Assembly: GCA_028716665.1 (NCBI GenBank)
Contig: JAQUPP010000001.1
Span: forward strand, 413,046 to 477,045
DNA: 64,000 bases
Direction of reading: 5' to 3'
Source: Patescibacteria group bacterium
Lineage (GTDB): Bacteria > Patescibacteriota > Patescibacteriia > UBA2591 > JAQUPP01
In this document: positions 10,861 through 19,807 of the stretch, piece after piece
How positions within the stretch are numbered: position 1 is the first letter of the stretch
Layout of the letters: each line of letters opens with the position of its first letter
Position numbers and translations under genes: made by a program
Notes under the pieces: model-generated
Told to the model about the DNA's origin: nothing
The model's database searches: none
Seen by the model: only the letters and a program-made list of their open reading frames with translations

Positions 10861-10894
10861 AAAAAATATCCGCCGAAAAGGCGGATATTTTTTT
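10861..10894. terminator. Bidirectional intrinsic terminator
   Basis: AAAAAATATCCGCC-GAAAA-GGCGGATATTTTTT between convergent genes. Confidence 0.8.
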
Positions 10895-11354
10895 ACTTCG
10901 CGAGTTTTTGACTCGTCTTTTTTTTGAACAAAATTAAAATTAAACAAATCAGAAAAATTATTTGAATGGCGCACAAAAAGACGGGGTTATTTATTTTCTC
11001 CGGACAATGAATAATTTGATGTAAGTTATAAAATCCTTTTAAAAATTTTAAATTTAACCCATAATAAAAAAAAGTAAGTATGTCCGGCAGGGCAGATCCT
11101 AAAATTGCCCAGTAAATTTTTAGAGGATGAGTAGTCCGAGTAAAACGAAAGAAACAAAAGATAAAAATAATTGAAATAAAAATATCTATCAATGCCGCAT
11201 AGTAAAGATATTTTTGGATAAAAATTCCTTCATCAACATGAGTAATTGCGTCGAGTAAAAAATGTGATAAAAATCCAAACAAAAAAGCAAGAAACGGATT
11301 TGACGCGTACTTGCCAATAAAGATGCCAACAGCAGTGTGAACAGTTAAGGTCAT
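10893..11354 (-). CDS. Membrane protein, metal-dependent hydrolase-like
   Basis: Hydrophobic; HTAVG, SHFLLDAITH, LPD, HQIIH His motifs. Confidence 0.6.
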   Translation of the reverse strand: MTLTVHTAVGIFIGKYASNPFLAFLFGFLSHFLLDAITHVDEGIFIQKYLYYAALIDIFISIIFIFCFFRFTRTTHPLKIYWAILGSALPDILTFFYYGLNLKFLKGFYNLHQIIHCPEKINNPVFLCAIQIIFLICLILILFKKKTSQKLAK

Positions 11355-11368
11355 AAATATGATATAAA

Positions 11369-11440
11369 TAGCAGGGGCGGGGATCGAACCCGCGACGGCA
11401 CGCTTATGAAGCGTGTGCTCTACCGCTGAGCTACCCTGCC
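11369..11440 (-). tRNA. tRNA with CAT anticodon (elongator Met or Ile2)
   Basis: Cloverleaf GGCAGGG..CACGC-TTCATAA-GCGTG..GGTTCGATCC; CCA not encoded. Confidence 0.9.
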
Positions 11441-11472
11441 ATCATTTTGTTAAGACCTGCTTAAAGTTTTAA

Positions 11473-11544
11473 TTGCGGGGGGGGGATTCGAACCCCCAAC
11501 CTCCAGGTTATGGGCCTGGCGAGCTGCCACTGCTCTACCCCGCG
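11473..11544 (-). tRNA. tRNA-fMet (CAT)
   Basis: CGCGGGG..CCCCGCA-A with C1:A72 mismatch, anticodon loop CCCATAA, GGTTCGAATC T-arm. Confidence 0.9.
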
Positions 11545-11795
11545 TCATTAAGAAATCGATTAGTTATTCTTTTCTTTTCCAAATATCCTTTTGTCGATTT
11601 TAGAAAATATTCTCTTTTATAAGCTTCGTTTTTATCGGAATATTCTTCATGATAGACTAACTTCCATGGTCGGCGAAATTTTGTCGCCCAATCTTTGCCA
11701 CGTTGATGTTCACTAAATCTTCTCTGTAAGTTAGATGTGCAACCGATATAAAATTTATTATCTTTTAAACTTTGTAATATATAAACGTAATACAC
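11535..11795 (-). CDS. Small GIY-YIG nuclease, tandem copy 2
   Basis: YYVYIL..FYIGCT..RR..EH..RE..LK; stop codon lies inside the tRNA-fMet 5' end. Confidence 0.9.
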   Translation of the reverse strand: MYYVYILQSLKDNKFYIGCTSNLQRRFSEHQRGKDWATKFRRPWKLVYHEEYSDKNEAYKREYFLKSTKGYLEKKRITNRFLNDAG

Positions 11796-11808
11796 AATAG
11801 ATTTTAAT

Positions 11809-11867
11809 TTATGGGCCTGGCGAGACCCGAAGGGTGGCCCTTGGCCCTGCCACTGCTCTACCCCGCG
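11809..11867 (-). repeat. Duplicated tRNA-fMet 5' half with 22-bp double-hairpin insertion
   Basis: Identical to tRNA 5' end through the anticodon, insertion GGCCAAGGGCC-ACCCTTCGGGT at 11825-11846. Confidence 0.9.
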
Positions 11868-12118
11868 TCATTAAGAAATCGATTAGTTATTCTTTTCTTT
11901 TCCAAATATCCTTTTGTCGATTTTAGAAAATATTCTCTTTTATAAGCTTCATTTTTATCTGAATATTCTTCATGATAGACTAACTTCCATGGTCGGCGAA
12001 ATTTTGTCGCCCAATCTTTGCCACGTTGATGTTCATTAAATCTTCTCTGCAAATTAGATGTGCAACCGATATAAAATTTATTATCTTTTAAACTTTGTAA
12101 TATATAAACGTAATACAC
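11858..12118 (-). CDS. Small GIY-YIG nuclease, tandem copy 1
   Basis: Differs from 11535 copy by one residue (S/N); repeat period 323 bp. Confidence 0.9.
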   Translation of the reverse strand: MYYVYILQSLKDNKFYIGCTSNLQRRFNEHQRGKDWATKFRRPWKLVYHEEYSDKNEAYKREYFLKSTKGYLEKKRITNRFLNDAG

Positions 12119-12132
12119 AATAGATTTTAATC

Positions 12133-12190
12133 TATGGGCCTGGCGAGACCCGAAGGGTGGCCCTTGGCCCTGCCACTGCTCTACCCCGCG
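12133..12190 (-). repeat. Second duplicated tRNA-fMet 5' half with the same insertion
   Basis: Same sequence as 11810-11867; insertion at 12148-12169. Confidence 0.9.
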
Positions 12191-12240
12191 TCATTAATCT
12201 ATAATGATACCTTAAATTTAATATTTCAGCAAATTGAATT

Positions 12241-12711
12241 TTAATATCGTGTTTTATTTTTTATTGACTTCCATTTTTTAAAAGGTTCCAAACATTCTTG
12301 TCGATTAACTTGTTTTGTTGTAACTTGTTTTCTTTTTGCCGTACCTTTTATGGCGTCATAAATAAATTTATCATCAAAGCCGATATTCGCCGCATCTTGT
12401 TGAGTGCAGCCATAATATAATTTTTTTATTTTTGCCCAATGAATAGCGGCAAAACACATTGGACAAGGCTCACATGAAGAATATATTTCACAATCAGAGA
12501 GATCAAATCTTTTAAGTTTTTTCGTGGCTTTTCTGATAGCAACAATTTCGGCATGAGCCGTCGGATCATTAGTCTTGATAACCTTGTTGTGACCCCGAGA
12601 TATAATTTTTTTATTGCGTACTATCACTACTCCAAAAGGGCCACCATCTTTTGTTTTTAGCGCTTTCCATGCTTCAAGCACGGCAATGCACATAAATTTA
12701 TTTTTCTCCAT
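12241..12711 (-). CDS. Nucleoside/guanine deaminase (cytidine deaminase fold)
   Basis: GGPFG, HAE, CEPCPMC; start set at ATG 12711 because upstream is tRNA-Leu. Confidence 0.88.
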   Translation of the reverse strand: MEKNKFMCIAVLEAWKALKTKDGGPFGVVIVRNKKIISRGHNKVIKTNDPTAHAEIVAIRKATKKLKRFDLSDCEIYSSCEPCPMCFAAIHWAKIKKLYYGCTQQDAANIGFDDKFIYDAIKGTAKRKQVTTKQVNRQECLEPFKKWKSIKNKTRY

Positions 12712-12722
12712 AATTTTTTTTA

Positions 12723-12810
12723 TGGTGCCGCGGGAGGGAGTCGAACCCTCATGGGCGTAAAGCCCATACGATTTTGAGTCGTACGCGTATACCAGTTCCA
12801 CCACCGCGGC
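12723..12810 (-). tRNA. tRNA-Leu (CAA)
   Basis: GCCGCGG..TACGA-CTCAAAA-TCGTA, long variable arm, encoded CCA. Confidence 0.93.
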
Positions 12811-12874
12811 ATTCACAATATTTTAACATTTTTTTAAATCTTGTCAAACGTTTTAAAAGTGATAAACTAAACTT

Positions 12875-13633
12875 GTGAAAATTATCAGTGTTGTCAATCA
12901 AAAAGGCGGTACGGCTAAAACCACCACCTTAATAAATTTATCAGCTTATCTTGCCCGATTCGGCAAGAAAGTTTTGATTATTGATTTGGATCCGCAAGCC
13001 AATGCGAGTTCAGGATTGGGCGTGAGCGCGGAAAACAGAGACAAAGGGATTTATGAAATTTTAAGCGGAAAGATTCCTTTGACCGAAGGATTAATAGAAG
13101 TTAGAAAAAATTTTTGGCTTATTCCGGCAAATGAAAATTTAGCCGGAGCGAATATTGAAATAGTCAATTTGGAAGACAGAGAATTCCTTTTAACAAAAGC
13201 GCTTAAGCCTTTGGCAGATGATTTTGATTTTGTATTTTTTGACACTCCGCCTTCACTGGGATTAATGACCATTAACAGTTTAGTTGCTTCAAGTAGCGTT
13301 TTAATTCCAGTTCAAGCTGAATATTTCGCCCTGGAAGGATTGGGACAGCTCTTGAATACCATTAATTTGATAAAAGAAAATTTAAGACCGGATCTCAGTG
13401 TTTTAGGAGCAATCCTGACAATGTATGACACGCGCGGTAAATTGTCAGCTGATGTCTGGGAAGAATTATATAAATTTTTTCCGCATAAAATTTACAGAAC
13501 AGTTATTCCTCGCAATGTTTATTTGGCAGAAGCGCCGAGTTATGGCAAAACAATTTTAGAATATGCTCCTCGATCTCGCGGAGCAAAAGCCTACCATCGT
13601 TTAGCCAGAGAGTTTGTTTTTCACAATAAATAA
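12875..13633 (+). CDS. parA: Chromosome partitioning ATPase ParA/Soj
   Basis: NQKGGTAKTTT, DLDPQAN, LAEAPSYG. Confidence 0.93.
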   Translation: MKIISVVNQKGGTAKTTTLINLSAYLARFGKKVLIIDLDPQANASSGLGVSAENRDKGIYEILSGKIPLTEGLIEVRKNFWLIPANENLAGANIEIVNLEDREFLLTKALKPLADDFDFVFFDTPPSLGLMTINSLVASSSVLIPVQAEYFALEGLGQLLNTINLIKENLRPDLSVLGAILTMYDTRGKLSADVWEELYKFFPHKIYRTVIPRNVYLAEAPSYGKTILEYAPRSRGAKAYHRLAREFVFHNK

Positions 13634-13653
13634 AAATTTTAAATAATTTTACT

Positions 13654-14502
13654 ATGTCATTAGGAAGAGGACTGGGGGCGTTAATTCCTCCAAAAACAAT
13701 TCAAAAAATAACCGAAGAAACGTTAGCCGAAACAGGCGAGCGAGTTTTGGAAATTCCGCTTGAACAAATTGAAGCCAATCCGGATCAGCCGAGAAAAAAT
13801 TTTCCTCATCAAGAAATGGAAGGATTAATCAATTCTCTTCGCGAATACGGAATTATTCAACCTTTGATTTTAACTTCAATTGGTTGGGGAAAATATCAAA
13901 TAGTTGCGGGTGAACGTCGTTTTAGAGCGGCTAAGGTTTTGGAATTTAAAACTGTGCCGGCCATTATCAGATCAGTCAAAGACAGCGAAAAATTTGAAAT
14001 TTCTCTTTTGGAAAATATTCAAAGACAAGATTTAAACCCCATGGAAAGAGCCCGAGCTTACAAGCGATTGACCGATGAATTCAATTTGACTCAGGAAGAT
14101 ATTGCGAGAAAATTAGGAAAAGCCAGAACAAGCGTAGCAAATACTTTGCGCCTTTTAACTCTTGCCGAACCGATTCAGAGGGCGATTGAAGAAGAACAAA
14201 TTACCGAAGGCCATGCCAAGGCCTTGCTTTCCACGGAAGATCAGGAAAAACAAAAAATTTTATTGAAAAGAGTTTTAGGATTAAATTTAACCGTACGGGA
14301 AACGGAAAAAATTGTCGGCGGAAAAAGAGTCAGGAAAACCGTTGAATTGGATTCCATGCTTTTGGAAAACGAAAGGGAACTGGCGAAAATTTTGGACGCG
14401 AAAATAAAAATTATCAAAAAGAAAAAAGGCGGAAAAATCGTAATTGAAACTTTCAGCCAAGAAGATTTGGAAAAAATTATTCAAAAATTATTCAAGTGCT
14501 AA
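13654..14502 (+). CDS. parB: ParB/Spo0J
   Basis: LGRGLGALI, NPDQPR, AGERRFRA, ENIQRQDL, HTH. Confidence 0.94.
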   Translation: MSLGRGLGALIPPKTIQKITEETLAETGERVLEIPLEQIEANPDQPRKNFPHQEMEGLINSLREYGIIQPLILTSIGWGKYQIVAGERRFRAAKVLEFKTVPAIIRSVKDSEKFEISLLENIQRQDLNPMERARAYKRLTDEFNLTQEDIARKLGKARTSVANTLRLLTLAEPIQRAIEEEQITEGHAKALLSTEDQEKQKILLKRVLGLNLTVRETEKIVGGKRVRKTVELDSMLLENERELAKILDAKIKIIKKKKGGKIVIETFSQEDLEKIIQKLFKC

Positions 14503-14677
14503 AAGTTTAGTTTTAAAAGTCAAAATTTTGTGAATAACAAAGCTTGACTTTTTTATTTTTTTATGATAATTTTTAAAATGTCTTTCTGATACCAATCGGG
14601 GTAAAGGAAAAGTCCCCAATCACCTCGGGCAGAGGTGAAATAAATTTTCGGGCAAACAGCCTGAAAAAGGAGGAACA

Positions 14678-15571
14678 ATGAAATACGGGAACTGGACTAT
14701 GGGTGAGACAGAGGCGCTGATCAATATCTTGGGCGGACAGAGAATAGCCCTGGATATTCTAGGAGGTCAGCTGGAAGTGGAGGTTAGAGAGGCTAGCGTC
14801 AAGCTCTTTGATAAATATGGTCGTCATATTCCACACAGTCTTAAAAGCGATGTTTGCGATTTTGATCGCAATTTTCGACTTAATCAGCCAGAAATAGCAA
14901 CGGAAACTGACTATGCTAATAGAATTTTGCGTCTCCATAGCAATTTGGGAATCAATCCTAATGTTACGTGTTTTGAGTTCAAGCAAGAGACTGAACGTTT
15001 ATTACGTTTGATTAGAAATAACATACGAACAGCTAATATCGTCAATGGAGCTTGGCTTCCAATTATTTTGCCCAAATGGGAAGGTACACGTGGCCTTGGC
15101 ACTGTATTGGGAGAACAGTATCTCAAAGCAATTGGTAAGAGCTATAAAAAAGCTTTTCCCGGGAGGACATTTTGCAATTGTGAAAAATCTTTTGTAAATA
15201 AGGTGTTTATTGCTTCTAATAGTCGTCATAATTGTCTTATTGAGAGGATGGAGCAAGAAGCAGTAATCGGGATTTATTTTCCAACCGCTTTACAAGGATT
15301 TTCTATTGATGCTAGTCAGGAGTGTGTAGCGAAATTACCGAAAGAATTTATCCTCTCTGGACTGGATGCAATTATTGCAATGATTATGTATCCGGATATT
15401 TTGGCTCGAGATAAAGATACTCCCTGTTTGGATTTATCTGCTCTTTTCTGGCAAGACAATCGTTGTTCATTTTACTTTAAAGCTCGTGATGACAGACTTG
15501 AATTCGATATTTCTGGTCGCCAAAGAGATGCGCATACATGGGGTTCAAGTGGACTGCTGTTTATTGGGTAA
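14678..15571 (+). CDS. Hypothetical protein (possible DGR-target-like C-terminus)
   Basis: AGGAGG RBS, own TTGACT..GATAAT promoter and terminator at 15594-15618. Confidence 0.7.
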   Translation: MKYGNWTMGETEALINILGGQRIALDILGGQLEVEVREASVKLFDKYGRHIPHSLKSDVCDFDRNFRLNQPEIATETDYANRILRLHSNLGINPNVTCFEFKQETERLLRLIRNNIRTANIVNGAWLPIILPKWEGTRGLGTVLGEQYLKAIGKSYKKAFPGRTFCNCEKSFVNKVFIASNSRHNCLIERMEQEAVIGIYFPTALQGFSIDASQECVAKLPKEFILSGLDAIIAMIMYPDILARDKDTPCLDLSALFWQDNRCSFYFKARDDRLEFDISGRQRDAHTWGSSGLLFIG

Positions 15572-15593
15572 AGAAATTTAGTTTTTAAAATTA

Positions 15594-15618
15594 CAGGGCG
15601 TAACATCGTTACGCCCTG
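15594..15618 (+). terminator. Intrinsic terminator
   Basis: CAGGGCGTAAC-ATC-GTTACGCCCTG followed by T-rich tract. Confidence 0.75.
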
Positions 15619-15640
15619 CTTTTATTTTTTTATTTAAATA

Positions 15641-15674
15641 AACATTCTGACATTCTCAAGAATGTCAGAATGTT
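15641..15674. repeat. Perfect palindrome with internal ACATTCT repeat
   Basis: AACATTCTGACATTCT-CA-AGAATGTCAGAATGTT. Confidence 0.7.
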
Positions 15675-15703
15675 GTGATATATAATTTTTTTAAACCAAA
15701 GGA

Positions 15704-17938
15704 CTATTTTTGTGATTTGTGAGGATTATGCATGGAACATGCTTTATTACTGCATCTTTCGGGTATGGTTTTAGTTCCTTGCATCATTAAAGATCCGCAA
15801 AGGTCGCAGGTTTTTCCCGTTGGTCTGGATTTTATTATAAATTTGCATTTAGGATAATTGGAGCAGGAAAAAAACGGACCGAATCTTCCGCGGCGTTCCA
15901 CAATTTCCCCTTCGCATTTGGGGCATTTTACTCCGGTTTTTGCTTTGGCTTCTTCTTCAGCGCTTCTTTTAATAAATTTACATTTTGGATAATTGCTGCA
16001 AAAAATAAATTTACCAAAGCGGCCTTCGCGTTCCACAAGTTTACCCGTTGAACATTCAGGACACATTTCGCCGGTTTCTTTCGGACCTTCCATTATAGAG
16101 CCGTCTGCTTTTCTGGCGCCGGCGCATTCCGGAAATTTCGCGCAGCTTAAAAATTTTCCGGTTTTGGATAATTTTATGACCATCGGGCCGTTGCAAACCG
16201 GGCATTTGAATTTTTCATCAGCATCTCCAAGATTGGTTACCTTGTCTATTTTTTCTTTTGATTTAACGTCTTTGGAAAATGGTCCGTAAAAATCTTTTAA
16301 AACTTTTTCATATTTTATTTTTCCTTCAGCTATTTCATCAAGTTCGTTTTCCATTTCCGCGGTAAAGGAATCGCTGATATATTTTGGAAAATTATTTTCA
16401 AGAAAATCACTGACCACTTCGCCGGTGTCGGTGGGGTGGAGCGTTTTGCCGTCTTTAGTCACATATCCGCGGTCATTGATTGTTTTAATAATGTAAGCAT
16501 AAGTGCTCGGTCTTCCGATTTCGCGTTTTTCCAATTCTTTCACCAATCCGGCTTCCGTGTAGCGGCCGGGCGGTTCTGTTTGTTTCCCTTGGCTTTCAAG
16601 ATTCAATAATTCTAATTTTTCATCTTTGGATAATTTTGGTATTTGAACTTCTTCGCCCTGAGCTTCCACGTCTGCCGCGAGCCATCCCGGAAAAACAGTG
16701 ATGCTTCCGACAACGGAAAAATTAGGAATTATTCCTTCTTTATTTATATTGGCGGAAATTTTTGTTCTGAGCATTTTGGCATCAGTCATTTGAGAAGAAA
16801 TCGTTCTCGCCCAAATTAATCCGTATAATCTTTCCTGTTCTTCGTTTATGCCGGCGCTTTTTAATCCGATGTTTGTCGGACGGATGGCTTCGTGCGCTTC
16901 TTGAGCGCTTTTGCTTTTTGTTTTATAAATTCGCGGTTCTAAATATTTTTTACCGAAAGTTTTTTCTATTTCTTGATGGATTACAGGCAAGGCTTCTTTG
17001 CTGATAATCACGCTGTCGGTTCTCATGTATGTAATCAAGCCTTGTTCATAAAGTTTTTGAGCCACCATCATTGTGCGCGAAGGGGAAAATCCGAGTCGGG
17101 AACTGGCTGTTTGTTGAAGCGTTGAAGTGGTAAATGGCGCGCGAGGGGAACGTTTGGCTTCGGTTTGTTTTATTTCAGCTATATGCCAGGGATTGGCGCG
17201 GCCGGCTTCTAAAATTCTATTGGTTTCTTTTTCATCAGCCGGTTCTTTGTCGCAAGTTAAAATAATTTTATCTTGTGCTGAGCTTGCCTGTTCTGAGCTT
17301 GTCGAAGGCGTCGAAGCATCTTTTTTTTCTGTCTGGAATTCTCCGGTTAAAACCCAATAATTTTCCGGTATAAACGCTCTGATTTCGCGTTCTCTTTCCA
17401 TAATAATGCGCAATGCAGGTGATTGAACGCGTCCGGCCGAAAGTCCATAACGGACTTTTTTCCAAATAAGGCCGCTCAAATCATAACCGACAAGACGATC
17501 CAAAACTCGGCGCGCTTCTTGAGCTTGCCGCAAATTTTCGTCAATTTCGCGCGGATGATTTATCGCTTCTTTAATCGCGTTTTCGGTGATTTCATGAAAA
17601 ACAATTCTTTTTGGATTTTTCAAACCGCAAGTTTCTTTCAAATGCCAAGCAATCGCTTCTCCTTCGCGGTCAGGATCTGTCGCGAGCAGCACTTCGCTTG
17701 AGTTTTTGGCGAGACTTTTAATTTTGGAAACAACATCTTCTTTTCCTTTGGTGATTTCATAATGAGGAATAAATCCCGCTTTGATATCAATGGCTTTTTT
17801 ATTGCTTTTCGGAAGATTGCGAATATGTCCGTAAGAAGATTCAATTAAAAATTCATCTCCCAAAAAATGAGAAATGGTTTTTGATTTTGTCGGCGACTCA
17901 ACAATGATTAATTTTTTTTGATTTTTAGTTTTTGACAT
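15704..17938 (-). CDS. topA: DNA topoisomerase I with C-terminal zinc ribbons
   Basis: IVESPTK, ATDPDREGE, SAGRVQS, ITYMRTD, three C4 zinc ribbons. Confidence 0.97.
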   Translation of the reverse strand: MSKTKNQKKLIIVESPTKSKTISHFLGDEFLIESSYGHIRNLPKSNKKAIDIKAGFIPHYEITKGKEDVVSKIKSLAKNSSEVLLATDPDREGEAIAWHLKETCGLKNPKRIVFHEITENAIKEAINHPREIDENLRQAQEARRVLDRLVGYDLSGLIWKKVRYGLSAGRVQSPALRIIMEREREIRAFIPENYWVLTGEFQTEKKDASTPSTSSEQASSAQDKIILTCDKEPADEKETNRILEAGRANPWHIAEIKQTEAKRSPRAPFTTSTLQQTASSRLGFSPSRTMMVAQKLYEQGLITYMRTDSVIISKEALPVIHQEIEKTFGKKYLEPRIYKTKSKSAQEAHEAIRPTNIGLKSAGINEEQERLYGLIWARTISSQMTDAKMLRTKISANINKEGIIPNFSVVGSITVFPGWLAADVEAQGEEVQIPKLSKDEKLELLNLESQGKQTEPPGRYTEAGLVKELEKREIGRPSTYAYIIKTINDRGYVTKDGKTLHPTDTGEVVSDFLENNFPKYISDSFTAEMENELDEIAEGKIKYEKVLKDFYGPFSKDVKSKEKIDKVTNLGDADEKFKCPVCNGPMVIKLSKTGKFLSCAKFPECAGARKADGSIMEGPKETGEMCPECSTGKLVEREGRFGKFIFCSNYPKCKFIKRSAEEEAKAKTGVKCPKCEGEIVERRGRFGPFFSCSNYPKCKFIIKSRPTGKTCDLCGSLMMQGTKTIPERCSNKACSMHNPHKSQK
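17272..17319 (-). repeat. In-frame nested TTCGAC(A/G)..GCTCA repeat inside topA
   Basis: GCTTCGAC-GC-CTTCGACAAGCTCAG-AACAGGC-AAGCTCAGCACAAG encodes ASTPSTSSEQASSAQD; flanked by AAGAT direct repeat. Confidence 0.8.
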
Positions 17939-18788
17939 AATTTCCGCCTCCCAGGTTTTTCACTTTGCCGTTTATTTCCATTAATGTCAAGATGGCAATG
18001 GCCTGACTGGTGCTAAATTTACTTGATTTAATTAATTGGTCAATATGCACGGGCTCGTGACTTAAAAATTTCCATAATATTTTTTCTTCCGGCAAAGTCG
18101 GTTCGGGTGTTTCGGAAATTTTTTCCGACAGTTCCAAATTAAAAGCGTCTAAAATATCTTCGGCTTTGGTAACCGCTTTCGCGCCCATTTTAATCAGTTG
18201 ATTGCAGCCGGCTGAATTCGGATTGTAAATGCTGCCTGGCACGGCGAAAACTTCCCGTCCTTGATCCAAAGCTGAATGCGCGGTAATCAATGCTCCGGAT
18301 TTTTCCGGTGCTTCTATCACCAAAGTTCCCAAAGAAAGTCCGGCGATAATTCTGTTTCTGGCTGGAAAAGTCCATCTGGTCGGGGAGGTGGTCGGTTGAT
18401 ATTCAGAAACTATTGCTCCGTTATTTTTAATAATATTTTTTGCCAAGGTTCTGTGAAGCGGCGGATAAATAATATCAGGACTTGAACCCAAAACCGCGAT
18501 TGTTCGGCCGCCATTATCCAAAGTTGTTTGATGAGCCAATCCGTCCACACCCAAAGCCAAACCGCTGACAATGGTTAATCCGGCCTTGACCAAATCTTTG
18601 GTTAAGGAAACGGTAATTTGCTTTCCATAACTTGAAACTTTTCTTGTCCCGACAATTGCCAAGGGATAATTTTCTTCCGCTTTGATTTTGCCGATGGCAT
18701 ACAGATTTTGAGGCGGGTCATAAATTTCTTTCAGCAGTTTCGGATAGTTTTTATCTTTGAGATTAATTTTTAAAACAGGGCTTGACAT
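17925..18788 (-). CDS. dprA: DNA protecting protein DprA
   Basis: AIVGTR, VSGLALGVD, FPARNRII, KSGALITA; upstream of topA. Confidence 0.95.
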   Translation of the reverse strand: MSSPVLKINLKDKNYPKLLKEIYDPPQNLYAIGKIKAEENYPLAIVGTRKVSSYGKQITVSLTKDLVKAGLTIVSGLALGVDGLAHQTTLDNGGRTIAVLGSSPDIIYPPLHRTLAKNIIKNNGAIVSEYQPTTSPTRWTFPARNRIIAGLSLGTLVIEAPEKSGALITAHSALDQGREVFAVPGSIYNPNSAGCNQLIKMGAKAVTKAEDILDAFNLELSEKISETPEPTLPEEKILWKFLSHEPVHIDQLIKSSKFSTSQAIAILTLMEINGKVKNLGGGNYVKN

Positions 18789-18810
18789 TTTTCAATTTTT
18801 ATGCTAATAT
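18782..18810 (+). promoter_or_regulatory. Sigma70 promoter overlapping the dprA start codon on the opposite strand
   Basis: TTGACA-17bp-TAATAT with TG extension. Confidence 0.65.
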
Positions 18811-18876
18811 TTAATCAGTTCATTTATAACAAAAATAGCAAATAGCAAATTAATTGTCAATTAAAAAGGGGGAAAA

Positions 18877-19272
18877 GTGGAAAAAAAAGTAGATAAAGTT
18901 ATAAAAGATGAAAATAGAGAAATAATTGAAGTAGTAATGATCGTTGGAGGACATACTAAAAAATATAGAAAAATTGACGGAAAAATTACTGAGGTTGAAA
19001 TTGAAAAATCATTTGTTATTCCTCCTGATATTAAGAAGAAAGTTGAACAGCAGGTTTGGGCAATTTTTCATTCTGTTTCGAAGAAAGTTGTAAAAAGTAA
19101 AATGAACTCGTATCAGGTAATATTAAAAGGAAGAACAGAAGAGTTCGATATTAATGTGGGTGCGCCAATTTGTGCTACCAGTCCCGAAGAGGCAATAGAA
19201 AGTGTGAAAGAATATGCAAAACGAATGAAATTACCGATAGAGAGCAGAAAATTAATTGCTGTACAGTTATAG
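18877..19272 (+). CDS. Hypothetical protein
   Basis: AAGGGGG RBS, GTG start, open frame. Confidence 0.65.
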   Translation: MEKKVDKVIKDENREIIEVVMIVGGHTKKYRKIDGKITEVEIEKSFVIPPDIKKKVEQQVWAIFHSVSKKVVKSKMNSYQVILKGRTEEFDINVGAPICATSPEEAIESVKEYAKRMKLPIESRKLIAVQL

Positions 19273-19282
19273 GAGGTGGAAG

Positions 19283-19432
19283 ATGGGAGACAAAAAAATC
19301 CTGCGTGTTAAGGGATACAGTAACATCGATAAAATTTGTTGGAGCAAATTTTCGCCCAACGAATATAAGATAGAAGACGTTTGGTTTATGGGACACTATA
19401 TATGGAAAGTAGTATTAGTCAGAAAAGCCTAA
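19283..19432 (+). CDS. Small hypothetical protein (49 aa, MGDKKILRVKG..), not in ORF track
   Basis: AGGAGG RBS, fills the gap exactly between neighbours. Confidence 0.55.
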   Translation: MGDKKILRVKGYSNIDKICWSKFSPNEYKIEDVWFMGHYIWKVVLVRKA

Positions 19433-19443
19433 AGGAGGCAAAG

Positions 19444-19728
19444 ATGAATAAATATCAAGTGATGGTAGAAGGCGGAAGTGTAACCGTTTGTGGAGATAGA
19501 AAAACACCAAGGTGTGTGCTTAGAAAAAAGGCAAAGAAAACTGGTGGCGAAGATTTTCAACCCGCAGATTATACTTATATAGGAAATGGAGAGTGGATGG
19601 TAAGAGAAAAAGACGTCAAAATAGGCAAACCAATTGAGGTTCAGACTAGTCGAGAAGCGGTGAGAAAAGTGGCCCTCTTAGAAAGGATGTCGCAAACTAA
19701 TTTGTTTGCGGTTAAAGTGCCAAAATAA
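19444..19728 (+). CDS. Hypothetical protein
   Basis: AAGGAGG RBS before ATG 19444; terminator 19738-19772. Confidence 0.65.
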   Translation: MNKYQVMVEGGSVTVCGDRKTPRCVLRKKAKKTGGEDFQPADYTYIGNGEWMVREKDVKIGKPIEVQTSREAVRKVALLERMSQTNLFAVKVPK

Positions 19729-19807
19729 AAAAATTTTTAGCGCCCGTTTATAAAAAACGGGCGCTATTTTTTTGGACAAATTTTTTAAAAATAGTATTAT
19801 AAATGGT

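Noticed and set aside
11535-12197. CRISPR array or tRNA intron
   Set aside because: Units between repeats are near-identical coding sequence, there are no cas genes, and the downstream tRNA is already complete with no separate 3' exon
12712-12816. N-terminal extension of the deaminase ORF
   Set aside because: It is the tRNA-Leu gene read through; real start is ATG 12711
12875-14660. parS site near parAB
   Set aside because: No TGTTTCACGTGAAACA-like palindrome seen
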